The notes beneath the pieces were generated by a model, which was given only the letters and a program-made list of their open reading frames with translations, made no database searches and had not been told where the DNA came from. Below, one piece after another: positions 19,001-33,782 of a stretch of DNA of 64,000 nucleotides (positions are counted from its first letter, which is position 1; each line of letters opens with the position of its first letter). Source of the stretch: Cycas panzhihuaensis (Eukaryota; Plantae; Cycadophyta); contig CM041465.1 in assembly GCA_023213395.1 (NCBI GenBank), forward strand, positions 72,423,741 to 72,487,740. The letters run 5' to 3'. The position numbers were made by a program, and so were the translations under genes.

Positions 19001-20549
19001 CAAGAAAAATACATCAATGATCTTCTAACTAAATTTTAGTTAAGAGATGCTTAACTAGTGGTTTTACCTATAGACCCTAATACCAAACTCTTAACTGATA
19101 GTGATACTATGGAGGTAGACACAATACTCTATAGGAAACTTATAGTTAGTCTCATCTACACTACCAATATAAGGCTGGATATTGTACACTATGTCAGTAT
19201 TCTTACATGATTCATGATAAATTCTAAGTAGAATCATTGGTAGGCTACAATTTGAGTGTTAAAATACCTAAAGACAACCAATAAATTTGGTTTGTTATGT
19301 GAAACTAATAATAAATTTAAGCTTTCTGTATACACAAACTCAAACTTTATAAGAGCTAAAGATATAGAAAGATCTATATCTAGGTATATAACATTTCTTA
19401 GAACACCACCAATATCATGGAGATCTAGATAGTAGAAGATAGTTATTGATTTAACTATAAAAGTTGAATATATTACTGCTTCCGAGACTAGTAAGGAGTT
19501 GATATAGCTTGGAAAATTATTGGAAATATTGAATATCACCCAAATAAGTCTTACTAGCCTTTATGTGAATAATCAATTAACAATCCATATGGCAAAAAAT
19601 CTTGTATTTTACGATCATACCAAATATATAAATATAAAAGTCCACAAGATTAGAGAATTAGTTCATGACGGTACAATTCAACTAAAATACTACCCCACAG
19701 TAGATCAAGTGGCTAATATCTTCACTAAACTGCTACAAATGGTGAAGTTTAAATATTTTTGAAGGTAGCTCAACCTTAAGGCCTCTATCTTCAATTGATC
19801 AAAGAAGATGACAACATGATCATCATACTTTATTCTATTTGTGAAAACCCCTTATGGATGAAAAAGAATAAGAGTAAGTCATTACTCTATCCTATTTGTG
19901 AAAATCCTATATGGACACAGAAGTTATACTAGTTTTGGAAAATCAAAACTTATGAAAACCTAAAAGGGCATAGGGGATGACCAAATACTATATGGAGACT
20001 CAACAGATTAAGTTGCACATTTAAGTTGTTTGGCTATCAGGCTATATTAAGAGCTACCTTAGCCATTTTAATTTATAAAAAGAACTACAAATCTTAGAAA
20101 GTCCATGGGTTTTTATTCCCCATAAGGGTTTTTCTACAAAAGTATCATTTAGAATTTTAATATAATAATAAGGCTTAAATAAAGACCTCATAGAATAGAT
20201 TTTCTCAAAATGACCTTCCACCATTAAGGGGGGAATTGAAAGAAGTTAATATATCAAGGTCATTTGTGTAGATTAATTAAGTGACCTTAAGGTATATTGC
20301 TAACATTAGTCTTTTAGTGAAATACACTTTATATATATTTGGTTATAAATTTAGGTTTATGTCATTAGGCGAAAAACTCCTAACCGTAATGCTCACCCTC
20401 AATAATAAAAGGTGAAATCTCAAGGAGGGAGTAGTTATTTATTCTCATCTCCAAGATTTGCTCTCATATATTATTTTTATCTCTTTTTTATTTTTCATTG
20501 TTATTGTATGCATGTAAGTGGTTTATTCCCTAGATCCATCATTCCTTTA
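13057..20549 (+). mobile_element. Decayed full-length Ty1/Copia element with ~1.9-kb 5' leader, 5' LTR 13057-13357, 3' LTR 20237-20549
   Basis: LTRs share CATTTGTGTAGATTAATTAAGTGACCTTAAGGTATATT; PBS TGGTATTAAAGC at 13360; PPT AAGGGGGGAA; perfect TSD GTTAT. Confidence 0.93.
15297..19798 (+). pseudogene. Copia gag-pol polyprotein (decayed)
   Basis: Zinc knuckle CNHKGHFTKDC (~16183), integrase GTPQQNGV, RT FLNGDLEEEIYMAQ...KLKKSLY, RNase H DQVANIFTK. Confidence 0.88.
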
Positions 20550-20900
20550 GTTATAAAGTATATCAAAAATGAATTAAAGTGTAAACCCTTTCTTTTATAT
20601 TCAAAGATTATGCTAGACCTAGAGAGGGTAAGTGTTTATGTTTTATTCTTTTACTATATCTATTATTTTATATAAATCTAATATAGGTAGATACAGAATA
20701 TTAGAAGAGCAATTAAGCATTCTATATTTATATACTAAGGTATATCAAGCTTAATTTACTCACGTACTTACGTATATAGAATCCTTGAATTGCAAATTAT
20801 AGATGGGTTCTATTAGATAGAATAAAAATTGAGAGCTTTCTTAAAGACTTTAAAATTTTAGTATTCTAGCTTAGCAGCCCACTAGGTAGATAGTTCACAA

Positions 20901-23900
20901 TGGTATCATAACTGTTAATTTCAAATATTATTAAACTATCTGAAAGTAATGACTTAGAAGAAATAAGTCAAACATCTTTTAATTATGAATAAGTTTTAGC
21001 TTTATATATCTAGATATATAGCCAAATCTACTTCCATACCTGACTTAACAAACCCAAATAATTAGATCCCTCTAGACTTTGTTACTCTTGTTGCCTTTAT
21101 GGCTAAAGATAATATAGCTATATCTTTCCTTTACTTAGTTGTGGAGGATAATGTGGATCAAAATATTGAAATAAAAAATATTTTTCATGAAGCTTACAAC
21201 ATTATATATTCCCTTTGTGAATGACAAGATAACTCCAGAGTAATTATGTTAAAGGTATATTTTTGTGCCATACCCTTTGTTGGCTCCATTCTATCATATA
21301 TAACTGAAATTAAAGCCATTAGGAACTAGCTTACCACTCTTAGAGCTCCTCCTTCTAATTATGACTTTGTTTCTAGTGTTGTAAATATCCTTTCTACCAT
21401 GTATAATAGTTTTATCTCTTAATTATCTAATAATTTTACTACCATAGACTTTAATACCTTGGAAGGACTATTTATAAAGGAAGAAGGTATCCTAAACTAT
21501 CAAGGAACAACATCTTCTTTTAATATTACTCTCACGTTTACAACAAAAAATTAAGGGAGGAATTAATCTCAATAGTAACCACTTGCCTAGTAGTTTGGTT
21601 CTATGGATTTGAACCAACAATCATAGCAAATTAAAAATTAGCAAAGAAGATAGAATGTTACCTGCCTCTACTATGGCAAATTTGGGTATGTTATAAATGA
21701 GTGTAAAAAGGTAATCTGATATGTAACCCTTATAGAATAATCCTAGATAATAAAGAATCCTAAATCTACAAAAGAATAAATGATTTGGTCAGAGAGATAG
21801 ATAACAAAGAAATAAATTCAATTTAGGAGCTAGTCTCAGGGCCATAATAGAAAATTCTAGTAAGGATAACATGTGGTTAACATCTTTTCTACTCTATCTT
21901 CTCATCATTTAGATGACTCTTAGTTGATAGATTTCAATGATACTCATCATATGATATAAATTGAAGAACTATTAAAAGACACAAAACTTATTTAGACATA
22001 AATAATAATATTTAATAATGATATTATATGCGATGTAGCCAAGATTAGGAAAGCTCCCATAACTTTAAAAATTTTAAATATTGGTTATCATATTAGTAAT
22101 ATTTTCTACACACCTAGTATGAATTTGAACTTGCTCTTTGTTAGTAAGATTAATAAGTAGAACTTTAATATACTCTTCAACTAAGATGATTGCACTATTT
22201 CAAATCACTCAACTAGTCAAATGGATATGAGGACAATGGGCTTTATAAGCTTGATGGTGTGCCACTTTCTTTTGCATAAAATTAGAATTTAAGTACCACT
22301 ATGTAATTTATTCATATAGATAAAGGAAAATATATTATTATAAACCACCCACCTATTGACATGTAGGGTGAATATTCTTATAGTAAGGAGTAACCCACTA
22401 GAAAGTGTACCAAGGACTAATTATAGAATCAATGCCTTAGCCATCTAAATATGTAGAGTCTTAATCTCATGTTTAGACTTTCAATGGTACATGGGCTACC
22501 AAAAATCAAATAGAATAAATATTTCCATGAAGTATATATAGTTGGTAAGCAACATATGGAACCATTTTAATCCAAGCAAGTTTGTTGTTCAACTAAACCA
22601 TTAGGCTTAGTTCACTCAAACATTTGTAGACCTATGTCTAATCCTTTACTCAATAGTAGTTTATATTTTATCATTTTTATTGATGATTATTATTAAAAAA
22701 TATGGGTCTACTTTCTAAAGAATAAGTTTAAAGCCTTAGACAAATTTAAGGAATTTAAAGATGAAATTAAAATGAATCTAGTATGACAATTAAGATATTA
22801 CATATAGATAATAGAGGTGAGTATACATTGAATCAAGTTACTAATTTCTATGAAGAACATGACATTAAACACTAGTTATCAACTCCTCATATTTAGCAAA
22901 ATAGTGTTACTAAATATATGAATCAAACATTATTGAACAAGGCTAAAGTAGTGGTAAATGCTACAAACATTACTAACTCATTCTAGGCTAAAGCTATTTC
23001 AACTATTAATTACCTTATAAATAGGAGCCAAACTTTAGCCATCAGAAATAAGACACTTGAGGAGGCTTGGTTAAGATAAAAGGTTATACTCATGTACCTT
23101 AGAATATTTAGATGTACGACCTATATATATATATATATATATATATCTAGATATATTACAAAAGAAAATAGAAGGAAACTTGATGATAAAAGCTTGAATT
23201 ATATCTTCATAAGCTACGTACTCGATTGCAAAGCTTATAAGGTATATGACTCTATTAGAAGATAGGTATACTCATCTTGGGATGTTATATTTATAGAAGA
23301 CAATCAGGACTTGGATCAATCTCAAATATAGTTTCTGATAGATGATGGTGTTGATGTTTCAAAAGTCCCTTCTACACTAATTTTGGACACTTCTACTCTA
23401 TTAACTTCATATACTCCAAGTTCTTCACTTCCTCCTCCTACATCTCTATATACTTCTACATCACCATTTGTATTGCCACCTTTATCTCAAGAAGATGAAT
23501 AAGATAAAAGTATTAAGAAACATTTTAAGTGGTACTTATAAGTCATGCTTGATGCACCTTATCTCCTATAAATTAAAAAAGGCAATCTAAATTAAGACAT
23601 ACTATAAACCTACTCTAATGTTGCAAGTTCTCAATACTCCTAAGCCTTCTACCTTTGAGGAGGTAGTCAAAGACTAAATGTGGTAGGTTGCTATGGATAA
23701 AGAGATGAATTCTATATTGAAAATTAATATTTGGGAGCTCACTAAATTACCTTTAGGAAAGAATCCAATTGATTATTATTGGTTTTACAAAATAAAGTAT
23801 CATGTTGATTGCTTTATTAAAAGACATAAAGTATGTCTTATTGCAGAAGGTTTTAAATAATAAGAAGGTATTAACTATGATGAGACCTTCACACCTATTA

Positions 23901-25605
23901 CCAACATAACAACTATTTATTTGGTCATGTCACTAATAGCTCAATTAAATGACCTATTTATCAAATAGATGTCCAAAACTTCTTCTTTTTTTCAATAAAG
24001 ACCATTTTGAAGAAGTTTACTTAAGATAACCTATTGGCTATATTATTCCTAGAAAATAATATTTAGTCTGCAAACTCAAGAAATCTTTATATAGACTCAA
24101 GTAGATACCTCATCTCTAATATGTAAAGATTGACACTTTTTTTAATCAAGCATAGACTAAACCATTTATCCTCTAATCCCAATTTGTATATTCAGATCTA
24201 TAATAATCTAATTACCATTTTTGTTCTCTATGTTGATGACTTGTTGATCACTGGAAATGATAATTAATGGGTTTCTAGTCTCTAATAGAAACTCAAAAAT
24301 AGTTTTAAGATGACTAACCTTAGGTTGATCCACTATTTTTTTGGCATTAAAGTTTAGTAAGAATCAGGCCACGTTTTCTTGTCATAATCTAAATATATGA
24401 ATGAGCTCTTACAGTATTTTAAAATGAGTGACTGTAAACATTTACTTATACCTATAGAGACCAAAACCAAGTTAACTATAGATAAACAAGGCAAACTTAT
24501 TAATCCCACTCTTTAAAGATAACTTGTAGGGAGTTTGATTTATCTTACTTACACTCACCTTAATATATCAAATATAATTAGGATTTATTCAAGGTATATG
24601 TCTCAGCCTAAGATGTTGTATTAAAAAATTGTAATCAAAATTCTCAAGTATATTCATGGTACCTAACAATATGGACTTGACTATAGCTAAGCTAAAACTC
24701 CTATTTTAAAAGGATTTACTAATGCAAATTAGGTTAGTTGCTAGGATACGCACCACTTTACTTCAGGTTACTATTCTGACCTAAACTTAGTTATTTTTTC
24801 TTAAAGTTGTAAGAAACAACCCAATGTTATTCTATCCTCCATTGAAATAGAATATGAAGTAGTTGTTCATACAACTATTCGAGTGATCTAGGTATATATG
24901 GTTCTTATTGAACTTAGTTGTGAATAGACTCAAGCAACTCTCATATACTGTGATAATCAAAGTGTATTGAAGATGACTAAGAATCCTATTTTACATGTAC
25001 ATATAAAACATAGAGAGGTCCACTATTATTTTATCAATGAACATGTATAATATAGAGAAATTAATTTTGTGTATAGAGTGACTTAAGACCAAGTTGCAAA
25101 TATCTTCACCAAAGCTCTTGGTAAACTAGAGTTTGAAAGGTTTTGAAATGACCTTAGCTTCAAGATTAATGAAGTTTTCATTAAGGGAGGATGTTAAAAT
25201 ATAATGACTCATTTATATACTCTTATGTAAAGTTAATCACTTTACTTAAATAAAGTGTAATTATAACATAAGTTATGATTTAATACTATATTTCCTAGTT
25301 AAGGATCATCACCCCACTTTTGCCTTATTAACTATCTAATTAGGTGCACATAATTTAAGGCTTAATGAAGTGTGAGCATGTGATGTCTAATCCACACTCA
25401 CCATTTATAATGTAATAGATATTGAGCCCTTTATAAATTAAGGCCATGTTTACATTCATGATGTTGAAGAGGGTTACATATTTAGTAAGAGTCAAAACTC
25501 TACTAAACTTCTGTATTAATTATCAACTAATTTAATCTGTTATTGTTTTAAATTAGAGATAATTTATAATCCTCTATATATTATATTTATTTAAATGTGT
25601 TCATA
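20901..25605 (+). mobile_element. Decayed Ty1/Copia element; PBS 20901, gag-pol ~20920-25170, 3' LTR ~25192-25605
   Basis: PBS TGGTATCATAAC; zinc knuckle ~21660; integrase FIDDY; RT LYVDDLLITG; RNase H DQVANIFTKAL; PPT AAGGGAGGA then TGTT. A matching 5' LTR was not recognised. Confidence 0.85.
23122..23146. repeat. (TA)n run inside the Copia integrase C-terminal coding region
   Basis: Visible run at the expected FGC.AYVHI position. Confidence 0.9.
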
Positions 25606-27829
25606 ATATATTTGATGAATTTATATTTGTTGGATATAAGAGAACAAAAATCCTATCATGTATTTTTCTAGTAATTAGATTAATTTTTATTTTATCAACC
25701 CTATAATTTTTAAGGCTCTCATTTCTCATCTAAAAAATATTATTGATTTCAATTTTTGAAACTTATTGGTTATATTGAATTCTAGAAACTTTTACCTTGT
25801 ATTACATGTATTAATTTGATAAATTAGTTTTATGTAGGTTGGAAGTAGTATGAGAGTTAGGGTAATAACACCCTCATTTCATTCATCTTCCTACCAATAA
25901 AAAGTGTTTATAGTATAACAAAAGTGCTACCTAAATTTTGTCAATATTATCAAAAGGTATTAACTAAGAAAATGTGGTTTAAACTCATTTTCATGCATTT
26001 TTATTTTTAATTAAAATTTTTTTAAATCATAACTCAATTTGTTAAGTAGAAATGCTAACAAAATTTTCTTTAAAACATTATAAATTAGATACGTGTAACT
26101 AACTTTATTTTGAATTATTTAATAATATGGATATCGTGAGGCTTTGCATTTCTAAGAGGTTTATAAAACCATTTGGAGTGAATCCCAGGTTTCCCTCTCA
26201 AAACCCTTACCTCATAGATTTTATTTTAAAATATAAGGGCTCATAATCACATCTTTTAATTCTTTTTTATTAATTTTATTATTTGAAAATAAAAAGAGAA
26301 ATGGAGAACTTTATATGCATGTCTACCATACTTACTTATTTCTCCTCACATCTTACATATACTTTGTTTAATTTTTTAAACAAAAAGAAAAACATTAAAA
26401 AACTAAAAAATAGAGATAAATAACATTGTATTATATTGTATATTTGCTTGACTTTATATTTATTTTGAAAAGGGCCAAAGTGGGGTGGAGATTTGCACTT
26501 ATTGTGAGTTATCTAATTTGTGGATCCAAAAGGAATTTTCTAAGAATTAATTTTGTTTATTGATTTTATTGAAAAATAAAAGCATTTAGATGTATTATAG
26601 TTGTGCTCCTTTCTTCTTTAGTCTTTTAGGGATATTATCTTCTTTTTATTGAAGACGGGGGTCTAGTTTCTCTCTACTTAGATTCTATCATTAGATGAGA
26701 GTGGTGAGCTTATGCCTTTAGGTAAAGTCATATTATGATCTATGTTTTAAATAGGCTAGTGAAGGACACCTATCTCCACAACATGTTAACATGTGGGGTG
26801 TTGATAAATGAGTGAACTTCATTAATCCTATTAAAAGTACTGACCTCCCTCTTTTTTACCTTATAGATAAGGAGGTTCATTAGAGTTAGATGCAAGCACT
26901 ACCAGGTTACCTTACACTTGTATAAGATGGGTTGTCAGTATTGACTAGTCTCTACCAACTTATCCATATATCAATACATGATGTAGTCTTGACTCCTTCA
27001 AAACTTTTACTCTAGTCAATCCTTTTCACTTTCTTTTTTATTAAGTCCATCACTTAAGAATAGTTTAGAGTCTAGTTTAGGACAAGTTAGTCCTACTTTA
27101 GGGGTTTGGTTATATAGGAAAATCATGTAGAAATAATTATATCTTAGGCATATATACTTGAATGACCCTTTCATACACTTAGAGATTTTTTAGTGTTGTT
27201 TGGTCATTCTAAGGACACTTATTAATTGATAGACTAATTTCATCTTTGATCTTTTAGTTAGTTAACTGTTCACTTCTTTAATCAATTTCTTTTATTACTT
27301 TTTCATCTACTTATTCATACCATTTATTTTGATTAAATAGGTATATTCATGTTTTCTTTTTAAGTTATCCCCCTTTTTTTCTATAAAGGCACATCGTACA
27401 AACTTGAATGTTACCCCTTGAAAACCTAAAAAACAAATATCTTTTGCTCCACACTTACATGTATGAGATGCATGAATGCCTCATAGAAGACACATACTTG
27501 TGCCCTTACCAACATGGATCCCTTTCATATTTTAGGTTTATTACTTATGTTATGTATCCTCCCTCCCATGAATTGTGCTTTAGTATCCAAAAGGGATATG
27601 AAATCTCCAAACCAAAATATTTACCAATGTTAGAATAATGGAATAAATGTGTGAAAGTTATAATGAAAATATTGAAGAAGTTAAGAGGGGTCTTAGAGCA
27701 TTAATATGGAAGTTAGATGAGCCCTTGATGATGTAATAGGCATATGCATCTAAGCATAGTAATATAAGTGCTTATTTCATGTTGCATGAGTATTTATCTT
27801 TGGGTTTATTAACTAAGTCACCTAGCCAT

Positions 27830-30800
27830 GACTCTACTAAACAAGAATGGGGAGGAGACTTCAGATTAGAAGAATATCAAGAATGCAGCAGTGGAGTATT
27901 TTATGGAATTATATAATGAACCAAGTTATGCTGATGAGGTATCCAGAAGGGAGGCACTGACTTTGATCCCCAAGAAGGTTAGAAGGACTATGAACAAATA
28001 TTCAGAAGCTTCTTTCTCACTGGATGAGGTGAGGAAAGCTATATTTAGCATGAAGTGGTAGAAAGCTCTAGGGCCTTATGGCTTCCCCTCGGGATTCTAT
28101 AAGGAATATTAGGATATCATAAAAGATGGCCTCCTTGAAGTTGTTAAGGAATTCTTTGAGAATGGCAAGATACATGGAGAATGACAAGCCACTTTTCTAG
28201 TTTGAATTCCAAAAAGAGGTGAAGCTAAGAGAATGGAAGATTTTAGACCTATTAGTTTGTGCAATATAAAGTACAAAATTTTAGCCAAGATCTTGGCTAA
28301 TAGGTTAAAGGAATTCCTCCCCTCAATTATAGGATTGAACTAGGATGGGTTCATAAAGGGAAGACAAATTCTGGATTGTATCATTATGGTCCATGAAATG
28401 GTCCATTTGACCTATCAGAGGAAGGATTATGGGATGATTATCAAGATTGATCTTTCAAAGGCCTATGATAGAGTTTCGTGGAGGTGTCTGTTAGACTACA
28501 TTAGTGCTTTTGGCTTTGGAAACCATTGGAGAACCTAGATTGAGAGTTGTATCTTAAAACCCAACTTTTTAGTGATCATAAATGGCTCTTTTTTTGCCTT
28601 CTTTCTAGGTTACAAAGGCCTTAAACAAGGGGACCCTCTAGCCCCTTGTTTATTATCATGGCAAAAATAATTGGTAGGTCTATGGAGGAAGCCAGGATCT
28701 CTAGTAAGATTGTGGGCCTAAGGCCCACGTCGGGAGTTAATAATGTTGTTCATTGATAGTTTATGGATGATAATATTTTGCTAAGCAAGGCTTCTATAAA
28801 GGAAGCTAGAGCCATAAAAGGGTATACCTAGAAAGGTTTGAGGTAGCTACGAACTAGTAGGTAAATTTAGATAAGAGTAACGTCTTTTTTCTGAACGCTA
28901 TAGAGAGGACTCAAAGAGCTATTGGTAGGATCCTAGAGATATATATATGGACATTGCCTACCGTGTATCTCATAATACCCCTATTTATGGGCAGAATGAA
29001 TAAGGACCTTTAGAATTTGATCATTAGCAAGGTCCAAAGGAAGCTAGCAGGATGGAAAGAGGCCTTATTGAGCTAGGCAAGGAAACTATAATTAGACCCC
29101 TCTTCAGAATATTCCTACTTACATGATGTCTCTATTTAGGTACCCTATGAAGGTTATAAATGCCCTTAAGTCTATCCAGAAAAGATTATTATGGTCTAGG
29201 GCTGAGGACAAGGAGAGAATCCATTTAGTATCCTAGGAGAAAGTGTGCCTTCCTAAATGGGTAGGAGGCTTAAATGTTAAGGGTATAGCCTACTTCAATA
29301 GAGCCTTGATAGATAAGCTCAGATGGAGCCTTACTATCAAGGAGGAGAGGTCGTGGTATAAGATTGTTACTTAGAAATACCTTAGGAATATTCATTATCT
29401 AAAGTATATGACCCTCAGTAGATATGGATCAACCATATGGAGGAGTCTAATGTATACAAGAAAAATGTTGGCTATAAGGGTCTAGTTGTACTTAGGGGAT
29501 GGAAATACTATTAATTTCTGGGAAGATAACTGATGCCATCACACCTAACTAAATAAGAGACCTATCCTCACCCCCTTATAGGCAGAGTGTGAAAGCCTTT
29601 ATGAAGAAAAGGTAAAAGATTATTAGGAGGTCTAGGGAGACGTGAAGAAATAGAAATATTTTAAAGAAATTCCCCATTGTTAGGATGGTGAGTAGCAAAT
29701 TGTAGTGCTCAGGAATAAGATAAACAAAGTGTATATTCCTAGATTCCCAAAAGAAGATGCCCTAGTATGGCTTGGGTCCCCTTCTAGGACCTATACGGTT
29801 AAGTTTGACTATTTATTTCTAATCTCTAAGAAAGTTATATTTGAAAACCAGATCCTAGGGGAAGTGTGGAAAATGGGACTTCTACCCAAGATTACCATCT
29901 TCTGGTGGTTGTGTCTCAAGAATAATATTCTTACCCTAGATAATCTAAGGAAGAGAGGCTTCTTGATGGTGAATAGGTATACCCTTGGTTTCAGGAGGAG
30001 AAGTCCCTGTATCACATTCTCTTACATTGTACCTATTCCAGGGAGGTGTGGCGAAGGCTTTGGAGCTCCTTTAGGGTCTCTTGGATTCTTCTTGCAACTG
30101 TTAAAGACCTAGCTAAGGCTTACATTAGCCCCTTTAGATGCATGACCCTTATCTCCTTGTGGAAGACATCCTTATCCATGCTGTTATGGAACATATAGAA
30201 AGAAAGGAATGGGTGTATCTTTCAAGATAAAAGAATGAGTGATTTAAAGATTTTTGGGATTATCATGGTAGCCTTGAAAGAGACCCTAAAGGAGAAGGAA
30301 GATTGCTTTATTTCCACCGAGGATAGGAAGATCCTTACAAATTGGGGCATTGAGAATATCAAGCTTAAACTAAAGGGTGAAAGGTAGGGAATGTGGAGCC
30401 TTCTTTCGTATGATAGGGACAAAGTAAACTTTGATAAAGCCTCAAAAGGTAACCCTAGTGAGGCGGGGGGGGAGGGGTCAATGGGAGGAGGAGGGGGAAG
30501 GGATATGTAGAGATGGAGAAGGTACGGTTATCTAGGATTTTATTAAATACTATGGCATCTAGTCTAATCATGTGGTAGAGCTGTGGATCTGCTCTCTAGA
30601 GAGGGCAGCCTGAGAGTCATAGTGGAAGGGGACTCTTTGGATGTGATAAAACTAATTAAAGAGGAAGCAGAGCTAGATTGGAAGCATCGGGTTATGATCA
30701 ATGATGTGAAAACACTACTCCAAAGGAGAGAAATGTTTTAGTTGAACCACATTTACAGAGAAGGTAATGGGATTGCTGATCGACTTGCAAACTAGGGGGT

Positions 30801-31029
30801 CTAGCTTAGAAGGAACTAGGTCTGGAAGGACAATTTACCTAAAGAAATAGTGGGTCTAGTTAGAAAGGATATGGGGCTCCAGTGAGATAGCTTATGATAG
30901 GTCTTTTTGGATAGTTAGGCCATGGGCTTATCACGGTTGATATCTAAGGCTGATTTGGTAGATTTTGTATATGGATTGGGGTCCTCTTTTAATCCCCTCA
31001 CTTATTTAAATCACATCAAAGAAAAAAAA
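27830..31029 (+). mobile_element. 5'-truncated L1-clade LINE (RT, zf-RVT, RNase H), decayed
   Basis: FRPISLCN, IDLSKAYDRVSW, GLKQGDPL, FMDD, LPKITIFWWLCLKNNILTLDNLRKRG, VNFDKASKGNP, HIYREGNGIADRLAN; A-tail; perfect 15-bp TSD AAGTCACCTAGCCAT (27815-27829, 31030-31044). Confidence 0.95.
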
Positions 31030-33782
31030 AAGTCACCTAGCCATCAAACTATGATATTAGACCAAGTAGGCATGCTAATGCCTAAAAATATAGAAGATAA
31101 GTTTGATGACACTCAACCTTGTTACAATGACTACTTTGATAGATTATAAAAGTTATTTTAGATTAAATATCCTTAAGAAAAACTAAGAGCTTTAATACTA
31201 TATTGAATTGTCAATACTGAATATTTTGAATCTAACCTAAAGCTCTAAGTATTATTTAATTATCAAATTTAGAAAAGGAATATAATGAACTACAAAAGCA
31301 ATATCTCAAAAAACTAGAATATTATAAAGCTCAAATCCATTTCTATAACTATATATGATATGAATGCAGATCACCAACCTATATATTTGTTAACAAGATA
31401 TCATGTAAACCTATGAATATAGAAGAACACCTATCTAATATCCCTTAGAAATTCTCTTTTATCTATTTAGATGAAAATGTAGCCATAATAGAGATATACT
31501 TATTTGAAGAATATATATCAAATATGGGCATTATGTCTCTAATTGACCTAGAAGAATAACACAAAGAGATTTTTAAGGAATATGTAAAATAAGGAAAAAC
31601 ATAATTATATAGTCAATTAAAGGCTCAATAAGATGACATATTGGTGGCAAAAGATAACAAATATCTAACACCACCTTTAGAATAGAATAGGGAAACTTAT
31701 AATCTACATTCTATAGATTACATACTAAAAGTTTTATTATTAATAACCATATCTCCTAGCTATTAAAAAGAGGCCTAGGATATTGCTAGGTAATGTTAAC
31801 CCATGAGATTATTAAATTCATGTAATTATCACTTTGATGTATGTTAGGGGGTCATAGCACATACACTTCTTCATGTAATTAGTCATTGGTTGACCAAGTG
31901 GCTCCTATAATATGATTAGATAACTAAGTGGTGATATGTACTACAAACAGGTATTGGTTTGGCATCATAAAATTAAAAGTGGTCATTTCCCACAAGTATA
32001 TATATTGTATATTTATTTATATTGTTCTTTTATTTCTTTCATATATATGTCTTATATTTTATAGTCTTATATGATCTTAGACTTATTATAATAAATGGTA
32101 TTAGAACTAGGACTTTTATTTTATAAGAATCCATTTATTGAGTAAGATGTAGGTTTATTAGAGCCAAGTATTTAATAAATAATATTAGAGCCTTGGTTTA
32201 AGTTTATTTTAACCCTAATTAGGATATAAGACTATGAGTGTATCCACTTGTTAAGGATTTGCTATGAACTTATTTAAGCATGTTTGTTTATTAAGTAAGG
32301 ATCTATTATAGGTTATAGATGGTTTCAAACCATAATTTTGTAGGTCACCTAAAGCATGTTGGCGTCATAAGCCTAGATCATAGTGGTGTAAGAACCTAGA
32401 GCATGTTGGGGTCATGAGTCTAGAGCATATCAGTGGTTATACATAAAAATTTAGTCATAGTACAAGTGTTGTAGTTATTTCAAATCCCATAAAGGCTTGT
32501 TATATATTTAATTTAGTTTTGGACTAGTTTTTTGCATGTTTTTCCACTATATATATATATATATATCTATAGGTATTATGCATGAGTTTGAGAGCAAGGT
32601 TTTAGACATAAGCCTGATCACATTGTGAAGTTGGTGATTTGGTAGGTATGCCATTATTTTCTCTATCATGTACTGAGAGGATCATGGTTAATGATGAGGG
32701 TTTTGTAGTATATGTTGGTATAGTAGATGGATTGGTTCATTTTAAGAATAATGGCATGTTATGGTTGTAAGATGTACAACTTGCTTATTGATTAGAATAT
32801 ATGCATATGAAGATTATGTTATACAACCACTATGTGAGCAATAAGCATTTATAGGTTCATTAGGATTTATTAAGTGCCACCTTATTAGTAAGTTGAGGCT
32901 TGATTATTTACCATTGTATGTGATTATGTAGTATATTTTTTATATGAATATCTCTATATTAAAGTGATGGAAATATACTTGCAAGACTAACAGGTTAGAA
33001 CATATATCAAATAAGCATAAACTAGTATTGCATCAATACAACAGTGTATCACCATTACAATAGCATAAACACATGAGAGCCTTGCTGTTCAATCCATTGT
33101 AGTAGAATGAGTATTCCAAATCTTCCTCAAAAGTAGGTGGTGTCTAAAAACACCAGGGTTGTACACCCCTTAACATTTATAGTTTGGGGAGGAGGAAACT
33201 CCTCAACCCACAATTCAAATTAATAATAAAATAATACTAACTTAACTCAAATGAAACTAACTCAACTTACCTTAACTTACCTTGACATGTTGAGCATCAC
33301 ATGTCTAAATTGAGGTGCATCACGGTAGGTAAGAGGAGTTGAGTGATGACATTACACCCAACATTCTCCCCTTAATGTCGCACGAACACTTGTATCTTTT
33401 CCTTGAACTTGTGGGCGGTACTTGAAAAAACTTTAAAATTCCAATCTTGATCTTTGTCGATGCTTCTCACCCTTATAGTCACATATATCTCTTTATTATA
33501 GAATGATGTAGGAAGACTATAGGTAGATAAAACTTGATGCAAAAGTAGATGAATAACTGTAATTTGGACTTGAACTTTTGTACTCTTTATGCTTTGAACA
33601 ATTGTCATATCACCAGGTTCATTCTTCGTTATGTCATAAGATTCGTCTTCATGATGCTCCCCCTCAAATGGAGGATCAAATCCTTGTGCAACAAGGTGGT
33701 CGCATTTGATCCGAATCTTCATTGGTGTTGGTTATGATCTACACACCGTCTCACATGCTCATTCAAAGTTTCATCAAATACA

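Noticed and set aside
25620-27580. Possible long LTR or leader of another element
   Set aside because: No termini, PBS, TSD or second copy could be identified by eye.
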